From an uncultured Alphaproteobacteria bacterium (GTDB lineage: Bacteria; Pseudomonadota; Alphaproteobacteria; Rhizobiales; Xanthobacteraceae): 64,000 nucleotides of DNA. Shown here piece by piece: positions 9,811 through 17,589 of the stretch. The position numbers and the translations under genes are program-made. The stretch covers positions 313,384 through 377,383 of the forward strand of contig CAWGSN010000038.1 in NCBI GenBank assembly GCA_963825225.1, read 5' to 3'. Below the pieces are notes generated by a model, which had not been told where the DNA came from, searched no databases, and saw nothing but the letters and a program-made list of their open reading frames with translations. How positions within the stretch are numbered: the first letter of the stretch is position 1; each line of letters starts with the position of its first letter.

Positions 9811-9884
9811 AGCGAGACCATTCCCGCCATCCGTGATCACAGGGATACGATGCGGGCCGGGATCCCGCCGTGACGCGTGTCACA
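9811..9884 (-). promoter_or_regulatory. CRP/Clr-like class II promoter and 5'-UTR ATGGT hairpin of peptide 1
   Basis: TGTGACACGCGTCACG (9869-9884) + N19 + CG-TATCCC; hairpin GGCGGGA-ATGG-TCTCGCT (9811-9828). Confidence 0.65.
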
Positions 9885-9944
9885 CAGCAAAACCGGCCCA
9901 TCTCCAAGTTCAAATCGGGGCGCCAGGGCGCTCCAAACCCACCC

Positions 9945-10715
9945 TCAAAAATTCACCCGGTTCGAGATCGCGCCGTCGACAATGAGGTTTGACCCCGTCG
10001 TGAACGACGACGCGGGGCTTGCGAGGAATACTGCCGCGTTGGCGATCTCCTGCGGCGTCGCCATGCGGCCGGTCGGATTGCGCGCGAGCGCATCCTGATA
10101 GCGCTTGGGCATGTTCTGCTCGATCATGTTCCAGACACCGCCCTTGAAATAGACCGTGCCCGGCGACACCACGTTGACGCGGATTTTCTTCGACGCGTAT
10201 TGCCGCGCCAGGCCCTTGGCCATGTGCACCAGCGCCGCCTTGATCGGGCCGTAGGAACTGGCGCTGTCGGCCTGCGCCGCCGAAACCGAGGAAATGATGA
10301 CCAAGGCCGCGTCGCCGTTGTTCTCGCCGCTCGCTTCGAGGAATGGGCGCGCGGCCTCGAACGCATTGACCGCGCCCAGCACGTCGAGCCGGAAATTCTG
10401 CTCCCATGAAGCGGGATCGCTGCCTTGCGCCATGGCGCCGGCATTGGAGAACAGCATGTCGATGCTGCCAAGCTCCGCGGCCACGCCCGATATCCACGAC
10501 GTCAGCGCGGCTGCGTCGGTGATGTCGACCGGTGTGCCAGTGGCCTTCACGCCCACTGCCTTCAGTTCGGTGACGGTGGCCGCGACCTGATCCGCGTTGC
10601 GCGCGCAAACCGCCACGCCCGTGCCTTCACCGGCCAGCGTGCCCGCAATCGCCCGCCCAATGCCGCGCGTACCGCCGAGCACGACGGCGTTTCTTCCCTT
10701 CAGACCCAGATCCAT
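9945..10715 (-). CDS. SDR family NAD(P)-dependent oxidoreductase
   Basis: GGTRGIG, SNAG, YGPIK (YxxxK), VNVVSPG, VDGA; start ATG 10715. Confidence 0.92.
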   Translation of the reverse strand: MDLGLKGRNAVVLGGTRGIGRAIAGTLAGEGTGVAVCARNADQVAATVTELKAVGVKATGTPVDITDAAALTSWISGVAAELGSIDMLFSNAGAMAQGSDPASWEQNFRLDVLGAVNAFEAARPFLEASGENNGDAALVIISSVSAAQADSASSYGPIKAALVHMAKGLARQYASKKIRVNVVSPGTVYFKGGVWNMIEQNMPKRYQDALARNPTGRMATPQEIANAAVFLASPASSFTTGSNLIVDGAISNRVNF

Positions 10716-10859
10716 TGTTTTTTCCTTTTTGTGTCCGGCGGCACTGTAGCAGAACCGTATGGCGGGCAAAGCGATCCGTCGGCGGTAGCTGCCGACAGCG
10801 CGGCACCATCAGCCCTTTCGACGTGAGCCGAATGCAGCCGTCGTCTTCGCAGCCCGCAA

Positions 10860-10991
10860 TGTGCGACAGATCACGTAAACGCCCAAAGTCCCAAACCTTG
10901 CTTTGAAACCTGTTCCGCAGGGAACAGCGTGGACCAAAGGAAGACCGCATTCTCCTGATCACCGATGACACAGGAGGCGATGGTCGCTTCC
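10860..10991 (+). promoter_or_regulatory. Two CRP/Clr-like boxes, -10 element and 5'-UTR ATGGT hairpin of peptide 2
   Basis: TGTGCGACAGATCACG (10860-10875); TGTTCCGCAGGGAACA (10911-10926) + N19 + CG-CATTCT; hairpin GGAGGCG-ATGGT-CGCTTCC (10973-10991). Confidence 0.7.
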
Positions 10992-11015
10992 GGTCGGACA
11001 GCAAGGAGAACCACC

Positions 11016-11201
11016 ATGATTGAGAAGCATGACACTGCCAAGCGCGAACTGAACCTCAGCGAGCTGGATGCGGCCGCCGGCGGCGGCAAGTTCCACTATG
11101 TCGAAATGAACGGCGAGACCTGGGCCGTTAACGGAAATGGAAAGCCGGTACAGGTTACCCACAACGCGCCGTTTGGTCTGGGATGGCTCTACGGCACCTG
11201 A
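11016..11201 (+). CDS. Small double-glycine-leader peptide 2 (61 aa)
   Basis: MIEKHDTAKRELNLSELDAAAGG|GKFHYVEMNGETWAVNGNGKPVQVTHNAPFGLGWLYGT; AAGGAG RBS; followed by a terminator. Confidence 0.82.
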   Translation: MIEKHDTAKRELNLSELDAAAGGGKFHYVEMNGETWAVNGNGKPVQVTHNAPFGLGWLYGT

Positions 11202-11232
11202 GATCCTCATTGTGCTTCTGACTTCTTAGATT

Positions 11233-11270
11233 GTAGGCCCTTGCTTCGGCGAGGGCCTACTTGCTTTCTT
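11233..11270 (+). terminator. Intrinsic terminator of peptide 2
   Basis: GTAGGCCCTTGC-TTCG-GCGAGGGCCTAC-TTGCTTTCTT. Confidence 0.8.
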
Positions 11271-11488
11271 GTTGAAGGAAATCGCCATCGCAGGCACTCG
11301 GGGACTTGATATTGGTGACCGATCTGTGGGCGTCGCATTTAGCCCACAACAGCCGCCCTCAGACGGCTTTTCTTTTGCGCACATTCACGCGGCAAGCGGA
11401 TTTTGGGGACAGGCTCATGTTCTTCGCGCTTTGCCGCGAAGTGGATGTTAGTCAGTCATTACGTCAATGCAGGCAAATCGATCATCGA

Positions 11489-12385
11489 TCAAAGCAATTC
11501 GATGAACTCGATCATTCGACGACGTTGATCAGGATTGGGCAACGGGCCGCGCATCGCGCCGGTATTGTCCGTCATGTGGCGTGGATCGCCGGTCCCGGGG
11601 ATCACAGCGGTCACACGTGGGTCGCCGAGCAAATATTTCAGGAAAAACTGTCCCCAGGAATTCGCGAACATCCCGGCCCAGTCCGGCAATTCCTTGCCGT
11701 GCACTGCCCGGAATAATCTGCCGTTGCCGTAAGGCAATGCGGTCAGCACGCCGGCTCGGACTTCGGCGGCCAATGGCAGGATGCTCTTCTCAGCCTCGCG
11801 GTTATCGAGTGAATAGTCGATCTGGACGAAATCAGGCTTCTCCCGTTTGAGCACGGCCTCGACTGCGGGATAGTCGCGGCGGAATGTTGAAGTGATGCCG
11901 ACATAACGGCACACGCCTTGTCTCTTCCAATCCCGGAAGCGTTCGAGCGATTGTTGCTTGCTCCTGACGTTGTGGAGCTGCAGCAGATCGACCCTTCCGG
12001 TCTTGAGCCGCGCCAACGACCGCTTGAGTTCCTGAGCGTCGGGCGATTCGAGCTTGGTGGCGATGAAAAGCTTGTCGCGCACGCCGGCAGCTGCGGTGAC
12101 CTTGCCCAGTACGCTTTCGGCATCGCCATAGGTCGAGGCCGTGTCGATGAGCCGTCCGCCACCCCTTATCAGGGCCTGTACGACTGCATCGGCCTTGCTC
12201 CGTGTCGTTTCGTCGTCCTGATCGAAAACATAGGCCGTGCCAAGGCCAACTGCAGGAATGCGCTCGTCGCTGCTGGGAATTGCACGGGTAATAAGTGGTG
12301 TGTCGGTTTGAGCAATGGCTTTGGGCGATACCAGAAATCCGCCAGCGAGTCCGGCGAGGTCTCGGCGAGTTATTCGGATTGGCAT
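11489..12385 (-). CDS. Aldo/keto reductase with twin-arginine-type signal peptide
   Basis: TRRDLAG...AIAQ signal; GLGT, IDTASTYG, IATKL, DLLQLHN (D/Y/K/H tetrad), VIPGT. Confidence 0.88.
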   Translation of the reverse strand: MPIRITRRDLAGLAGGFLVSPKAIAQTDTPLITRAIPSSDERIPAVGLGTAYVFDQDDETTRSKADAVVQALIRGGGRLIDTASTYGDAESVLGKVTAAAGVRDKLFIATKLESPDAQELKRSLARLKTGRVDLLQLHNVRSKQQSLERFRDWKRQGVCRYVGITSTFRRDYPAVEAVLKREKPDFVQIDYSLDNREAEKSILPLAAEVRAGVLTALPYGNGRLFRAVHGKELPDWAGMFANSWGQFFLKYLLGDPRVTAVIPGTGDPRHMTDNTGAMRGPLPNPDQRRRMIEFIELL

Positions 12386-13668
12386 CTCGGCACTCCTTCG
12401 TCATCTCTTTTCGTTGTGAGACGTTCCTGCGTTCGCCCCAGCGCGATTGAGATAATGAGCCAGCCCGCCACGACGGGGAGCGCGCAAAGCGCGATAGCGC
12501 CAAGCTTCAACCCCAGCGCCTGCAGGCTATCGTATACCCAGCCATACAACGCATCCGAGCCGCGATAGATCACCACGTCTATCAAATTCTTGGCTTTATA
12601 CTTTTCCTCGCGCCCGACCACGGTAAAGAATACCTGGCGTGCCGGGTTTGCGATTGCGAAGTTCATCCAGCGTTGCGCGACCTGGAGTGTCACCACCACG
12701 GACAGGCTCGGTGCGATCGCCACCGCTGCGAAGCCGACGACATAAACAGCCGGTAGCGCCGCAGCCGAGATGCCGGTACCGAAGCGTTTGAGGAGCTTGG
12801 CGGTGGCAAAGACCTGCGTCGCCAGGCTGAGCAGGCCCACCGCGAGATCGATACCCGCAAACAGACGCGTTTGTGTGGCTGCGTCATGGATCGTCGCCGA
12901 GACGATGTTGGCCTGCGCGAAATAGGCGATGGTCGCGCCGAACGAGAGCAGGCTGACCCAGGTGGCCACGCCCAGGAGATACGGCGAGCGGATCAGTTCG
13001 GGCAGCGCCGCGAAGGCGCCGCCTCCAACGCGCTCCTGTCGCGGATCCACGTCTGTCGGCGCGTTCGCCACGCGTTCAACTCGATGGACACAGAACACGG
13101 CCGCTTCGAGGAAGGCGGCGGCCACGATCAACAGGTTGACCGGGCCGAGCGGCGCTGACAGCGAGATCGTGACGACGGGACCAAGGAGCGCTCCAGCGGT
13201 GCCTCCGGCGCCAATGAACCCGAACAGCCGCTTGCCTTGCTCCGCTGAAAACAGGTCTGCCATGAACGACCAGAACACCGCCACCGCGAACAAGTTGAAT
13301 ACGCTGACCCAGACAAAAAATACCCGCGCTACGATCACCTTTTCCAGGTCGAAGGTCAGCAACAACCAGAACAGAACCAGGTTGGCGACGAAGAAATGGT
13401 AGACGATTGGGATGAACCTGACGCGCGGCAGTCTTGCCACCAGCGCGCCGTAGAGTGGCTGCGCGACCAGCAGGCTGAGAAACGTAGCGGTAAAGAGCCA
13501 CGGCAGGTTCTTGACGCCACCAGCGATGCCCATCTGGTCGCGCAGCGGACGCAACACATAGTAGCCGGCAAGCAATGTAAAGAAATACGCGAAGGACCAT
13601 AGCGCGGCCGAACGTTCTCGCGCTGTCGCAGGCACCGCGCGCTGTAACCAGCTCGTGAGAGCTGTCAT
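12370..13668 (-). CDS. Npt1/Npt2 (TLC, ATP/ADP translocase-like) MFS transporter
   Basis: YYVLRPLRD, FWSFMADLF.AEQGKRLFG, REEKYKAKNLID; about 12 TM segments. Confidence 0.82.
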   Translation of the reverse strand: MTALTSWLQRAVPATARERSAALWSFAYFFTLLAGYYVLRPLRDQMGIAGGVKNLPWLFTATFLSLLVAQPLYGALVARLPRVRFIPIVYHFFVANLVLFWLLLTFDLEKVIVARVFFVWVSVFNLFAVAVFWSFMADLFSAEQGKRLFGFIGAGGTAGALLGPVVTISLSAPLGPVNLLIVAAAFLEAAVFCVHRVERVANAPTDVDPRQERVGGGAFAALPELIRSPYLLGVATWVSLLSFGATIAYFAQANIVSATIHDAATQTRLFAGIDLAVGLLSLATQVFATAKLLKRFGTGISAAALPAVYVVGFAAVAIAPSLSVVVTLQVAQRWMNFAIANPARQVFFTVVGREEKYKAKNLIDVVIYRGSDALYGWVYDSLQALGLKLGAIALCALPVVAGWLIISIALGRTQERLTTKRDDEGVPRCQSE

Positions 13669-14420
13669 GGCGCCAGCGAAAGTTTCTGCTTGAGTTCAGC
13701 CGCGCCCACATTCTGGCCATACCCTGGCGCTCCGCGCTGGAAGCGCCGCGCATCAGCGAGCTTACCGACCTCCACCGGATCGAAGCCGGCGTCGCGCACC
13801 AGACCTGCCGCAACTTGCACTGCTTCCGGATCGTCGCCCGCAATCGGTATCGCGAGCCTGGGGGCAGGACGGTTCGCTTCACGTGCGAAGATCATGTAGC
13901 TGAGCGTATTGAAGGCGCGCACCAGTCGGGTGTCCGGCAGATATTTCTGCGAAGTAACTCCGATGCCGTCGCGCTCGGCCTCCTCGGCGATAGCGCCGTC
14001 GCGGCTGGCCACGGCATTGTTGGCGTCGAGCACAATCTTGCCCGCAAGTGATTTGCCGTAGTCTTTCCCGATTTGCGGCAGCGCGCCGTAAGGCACGGCG
14101 ATGAAGACAACGTCGCCGAACCCAATCGCCTGATCGACCGTACCGGCCTGGGCCAGCGGGCCAAGGCGAGCAACGAGATCTTTCAATTCCTCCGGATGAC
14201 GTGAGGAGAAGAAGGCCGGATGATCGGCCTTGACCCAGAGCTCGCCGATGGTGCCGCCGATATGGCCCGCGCCGATAATGCCGATTTTCATCTTGGAGCC
14301 GGCGGCCGTCTGACCTAATGCGGTTGCCGGTCGTAGCACCGTTTGCAGGAGGAACGCCCCCGCAGCGCCCAGTAGCGCGCGGCGAGTGCGATCGACAGTG
14401 ACATGCTTGAACATGAGCAC
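13665..14420 (-). CDS. NADPH-dependent F420 reductase-like dinucleotide-binding oxidoreductase with twin-arginine-type signal
   Basis: TRRALLG signal; KIGIIGAGHIG, AVPY, LVRAFNT, IAGDD, GFDPV. Confidence 0.85.
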   Translation of the reverse strand: MLMFKHVTVDRTRRALLGAAGAFLLQTVLRPATALGQTAAGSKMKIGIIGAGHIGGTIGELWVKADHPAFFSSRHPEELKDLVARLGPLAQAGTVDQAIGFGDVVFIAVPYGALPQIGKDYGKSLAGKIVLDANNAVASRDGAIAEEAERDGIGVTSQKYLPDTRLVRAFNTLSYMIFAREANRPAPRLAIPIAGDDPEAVQVAAGLVRDAGFDPVEVGKLADARRFQRGAPGYGQNVGAAELKQKLSLAP

Positions 14421-14611
14421 ACCAATTGCGAATTGCGGGACGAAATCTTGTCGCGCCTTTCTAGCTTAGAGTGGTTCACCTCATCGCGAGCAGTATCATA
14501 ACGCGAAAAGTGTCATAAATAGCTGCCCGGAATTGGCCCTCGCACAGAGTTGATCCCCTTGTCCCTAATCTCAGGCGCTTGTCATATACTGTCATCTAGC
14601 GGCCAGCGGAT

Positions 14612-14932
14612 CTATTTGGGTGTGGCCGACGGAGCGGCATTCGTCTTCGTTTCCGAGGGAGTAGCCGGTACGTCATCTTCCACGCTACACTGTTCGACAT
14701 AAGAATCTTCCGTCATACCGCGCTTCATCATTATCTCTTGATCGGCTCTCCATTCATCGTCGCAATCCTTTGCGGTTTTCTTCGAGCTTTGTTCGTTTGA
14801 TTTGAGTGGTGCGGAGATGGCAGCAGGGGGGATGGCGGTCGGGTTTGGCTTGGCCGTTTCCGCAAATGCATCAGAATGCAGGATTGTTATCCCAGCAAGC
14901 GCGCCACAAACCAAACAAGGGTGCTTTTTCAT
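14612..14932 (-). CDS. Small secreted hypothetical protein with a Cys-pair module
   Basis: Signal-like N-terminus ending AFA|E; KTAKDCDDEWRA...YVEQC; Pro/Ala/Thr-rich linkers. Confidence 0.6.
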   Translation of the reverse strand: MKKHPCLVCGALAGITILHSDAFAETAKPNPTAIPPAAISAPLKSNEQSSKKTAKDCDDEWRADQEIMMKRGMTEDSYVEQCSVEDDVPATPSETKTNAAPSATPK

Positions 14933-15471
14933 CTCTCAGCGCCTGTTGGCATAGTTTGCACTGCGAAAAGCTTTTCTAAACGCGTAGCCGTGGCGGCAAC
15001 CATTCCATTTCGTGACCCCGCGCAAGACCAATGCGGACCTTTCGCGCCTGTTCCTGCCTCATGAGCCTCGGCCAAGAATTTCACGCCGCTTGTGGCCAAT
15101 CCTTGCACGACAACCCCCCGTGTGTCTGGCAGGTACATGATCCCCACTCAAAAGGAAGCGGTGTCGTCGGACTTACCAATCGCGACGGGATAAGGGATTG
15201 GGATTGCGTGCACCGCTCTTAGCCTCGCGCGGTCCGGCGGCACCTATCACTGGCTTGCCGTCCCAACGCACCGATTATGTGACAACGGACGGTGCGGTTG
15301 CTGCATGTCAGAGTTTCCCGAGTTCCCGAAGGCCCGCCACCGTAAGCAGCCCCATACTTTCCATCGTACGGCCATGCTTTGGTCAAAACAGCGTTAAGTG
15401 TTGGGGGGTGGACGACCTGGTACAAATCCGACCGCCTCTTTCGGTGATACTGGACGGGAAAGGGAACGCCA

Positions 15472-16287
15472 ATGAATTCCATGACGGACCCGAAAGCAAC
15501 TGAACCCAACGATGTCTTGGTCGCGCGTGCTGATGAACGGCTAGTGCACGCTCATGACCAGATCGCACGCGCGGATGAACAGTTGGCGCGGTTAAATGAA
15601 CAGCTTTCGAAGCTAGAGCACGATGCCGCGTACCATCCTTCGGCTGTCGCGGGCAACCGGCCACCGCGCGGCAGACCGGCGCTACGCGGCTTCATCGGCT
15701 TGCTATTGGCCGTGTGCATCTTTGTCGGTGCTTTCGTTTCGCAGTCCTCCTATGGCGATGCGGCCAAGTTGATTTTCGCCCAGTGGGCGCAGCAGCCCAT
15801 ATTAACTTCATCGCTTCCGATGGGAAAACCGGAGGTTCCCGCGCAGCCGAACCCATCTGCCGTTCAGGTGGCCGCGGCGACGCCAGTACTTCCGCCACCA
15901 ACACCTTCCGCTCAGACGGCCCCGCAAGACGCCGCGACGACGGCCGTTCCGATATCTTCCGAGCTGGCGCAGTTGCTCCAGACGATGGCGCGCGATCTCG
16001 AAAACGTGAAGCAAGGGGTTGAGCAGCTCAAGGCGAACCAGGAACAAACGGCCCGCGAAAATGCGAAGGCCACGGAGCAGTTCAAGGCGAGCCAGGAGCA
16101 AATGACGCGCCTTATCGCCAAGGCTTCCGAACACAACAAGGTTTCCGAGCAGAACCTGCGGCCCACATCGGCCCCTCCGCTGCGGCCGATTGCTACCCCG
16201 ACGCGCAAGCCTGTGCCGACGCATCAGTCGCCGCAAGCCAGGGCGCGGCCGCAGGCCCCGATGCAGTTGCAGCCCGATGACCAGTAG
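15472..16287 (+). CDS. Hypothetical single-pass membrane protein with coiled coils and Pro-rich linkers
   Basis: Heptad region ARADERL...LSKLE, TM FIGLLLAVCIFVGAF, second coiled coil QLLQTMARDL...QMTR. Confidence 0.7.
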   Translation: MNSMTDPKATEPNDVLVARADERLVHAHDQIARADEQLARLNEQLSKLEHDAAYHPSAVAGNRPPRGRPALRGFIGLLLAVCIFVGAFVSQSSYGDAAKLIFAQWAQQPILTSSLPMGKPEVPAQPNPSAVQVAAATPVLPPPTPSAQTAPQDAATTAVPISSELAQLLQTMARDLENVKQGVEQLKANQEQTARENAKATEQFKASQEQMTRLIAKASEHNKVSEQNLRPTSAPPLRPIATPTRKPVPTHQSPQARARPQAPMQLQPDDQ

Positions 16288-16328
16288 TTGTCCATCGGCG
16301 CCGCGACGGAAACGCGCCAATGCCATCC

Positions 16329-16442
16329 TGTGCCGCCACGCACGCTTCCACCGCTGACAATCGGGTTGTTCCCCAGGTAACAGCGGGACGCCACACTTTG
16401 GCGCATGCTCTCGGACGGATCGGGATCGATGGTCGAACCCGA
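16329..16442 (+). promoter_or_regulatory. CRP/Clr-like box(es), -10 element and 5'-UTR ATGGT hairpin of peptide 3
   Basis: TGTTCCCCAGGTAACA (16367-16382) + N19 + CG-CATGCT; weaker upstream TGTGCCGCCACGCACG (16329-16344); hairpin TCGGG-A-TCG-ATGGT-CGA-A-CCCGA (16420-16442). Confidence 0.7.
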
Positions 16443-16461
16443 CTACAACGGAGAGATGACA

Positions 16462-16663
16462 ATGTCTGTTAATTTGAACAATGCCACCCAGTTGAACGAC
16501 GCCGAACTTGAACTCGTGACCGGCGGCGGAGAGGCCGTCTCGCGAGTTCCTGTCCCCGGCCGAGAAGGCCGCACAGGAATTGTCGGGGATCTACCTGAAG
16601 AACCACCCCATTCATTTGGGATCGTTTCCGCCCCCGCACGTCGACATCCCGCACATCGGGTAA
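16462..16663 (+). pseudogene. Double-glycine-leader peptide 3, frameshifted at the leader/core junction
   Basis: Leader MSVNLNNATQLNDAELELVTGG in frame 0; core ERPSREFLSPAEKAAQELSGIYLKNHPIHLGSFPPPHVDIPHIG* in the +1 frame (16529-16663) with GC3-rich codons, followed by a terminator. Confidence 0.7.
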
Positions 16664-16675
16664 ATCCGACGTGCA

Positions 16676-16716
16676 AAACGCGAGGCCGCGCCCATCGCCG
16701 GTCTCGCGTTTCATTT
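16676..16716 (+). terminator. Intrinsic terminator after peptide 3
   Basis: AAACGCGAGGCCG...CGGTCTCGCGTTT-CATTT. Confidence 0.65.
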
Positions 16717-16785
16717 CGAGAACACGCGACGACCGGGACAAAGGGGCACCGTGCAAGGCGTTTACCCATCTACAGACTGCAAAAC

Positions 16786-17187
16786 TGCGCCCGACGGGCA
16801 AATCAGCAAAAATCTGTCAAGCCCCTCAAATGATAATTTTCCTATTTTCAAATGACCCAAATCAGTGGCAGATACTTTGCCATCCTGTCCCGAGAAGAGG
16901 GGCGTCGGCCGTCGTCACGAACGTTGGGACAGGATGCGGTGGACGCGGCAGCGTCAGGCGTGAAACGGAATCGCAGGGCGGGGTCTCCGTGAGCGATCGA
17001 CAGCACGCAGACGAACAGCGCTGAAGCATACGGCAAAACCGTGTGGTCCTGGCACCCGTTGCTGGTGTCAAGTTGATGAAGGTTCACGAGCCCAACCGGG
17101 TTTCGGTGTGCCGCTAATTCATCGACGACGGTGACAAGACGAATTCGTCGCCGGGGAGAGCACGGCATAAGCCGTAAAGCCATTGTC
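16786..17187 (+). repeat. About 400-bp highly structured element resembling a dispersed Bradyrhizobium repeat (apparently 3'-truncated)
   Basis: Multiple stems: GCCCG-A-CGGGC; CATCCTGTCCC/GGGACAGGATG; TGGCACC/GGTGTCA; CGGTGAC/GTCGCCG; ACGGC-ATAA-GCCGT. No credible ORF. Multicopy status is from recollection and not visible in this window. Confidence 0.6.
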
Positions 17188-17204
17188 GCCACGAAAAGAA
17201 AGAG

Positions 17205-17234
17205 TGGATTGCTTCGTCGCTCCTCGCAAAGACG
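17205..17234. repeat. Partial REP-like repeat (TGGATTGCTTCGTCGC...CTCGCAA type)
   Basis: TGGATTGCTTCGTCGCTCCTCGCAAAGACG resembles one arm of a common Rhizobiales intergenic repeat. Confidence 0.55.
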
Positions 17235-17246
17235 GGTAAGGCCATA

Positions 17247-17534
17247 TTACTCCGGCGCCGCACCGATCGGCGGACCGCCCGGCGGCCGGTGCAGGAACGT
17301 GATCGAAACATACGCCCCGAGCCACGAACCAATCGCCGCAAATGCAACATAGACCCAGTTCTCGGTGTAACTGATGACCGCATAGGACGAGAGCAGATAC
17401 CAGACGCTGCTCCAGGTCGCCGCCGGCACGCGCTTGCGCGCCACCACCGCCGAGGTGAACATGACATAGACCGCATCCGTTGCGGCCGTTGCAAGCAAGA
17501 CGGCTCCTGCGGTCAGCGGATCGATGGCAGCCAT
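17247..17534 (-). CDS. Small membrane protein (3 TM), hypothetical
   Basis: MAAIDPLTAGAVLLATAATDAVYV...; GGAAGGA RBS; hydrophobic; typical codon usage. Confidence 0.75.
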   Translation of the reverse strand: MAAIDPLTAGAVLLATAATDAVYVMFTSAVVARKRVPAATWSSVWYLLSSYAVISYTENWVYVAFAAIGSWLGAYVSITFLHRPPGGPPIGAAPE

Positions 17535-17589
17535 TGTAGTTCCTTCCGTTCTAGGGCAGAGCTTGGAAAGCCAGGGAAGAGCGACGCTC

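Noticed and set aside
9869-9884. FixK2/FNR box interpretation of the palindromes
   Set aside because: FNR/FixK2 sites are TTGA-N6-TCAA; all boxes here begin TGT, which is CRP/Clr-like.
10921-10950. GGAAC as an EcfG -35 (and GTAAC at 16377 as an EcfF -35)
   Set aside because: No CGTT or CGAA at the required 16-17 nt spacing; both are half-sites of the 16-bp palindromes.
14579-14595. Pho-box-like TGTCAT direct repeat
   Set aside because: The period is 10 rather than 11 bp, and it is oriented opposite to the adjacent genes.
9596-16663. Classical RiPP cluster (lanthi-, sacti-, lasso or thiopeptide)
   Set aside because: The cores lack Cys, and no LanM/LanB, YcaO, radical SAM, lasso cyclase or C39 transporter gene is in the window; the neighbouring SDR and AKR genes show no evident link.
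16405-16833. 142-aa ORF as called in the track
   Set aside because: Its start lies in the predicted -10 element, codons after GG are atypical, and it runs through a terminator into a repeat; better explained as frameshifted peptide 3.
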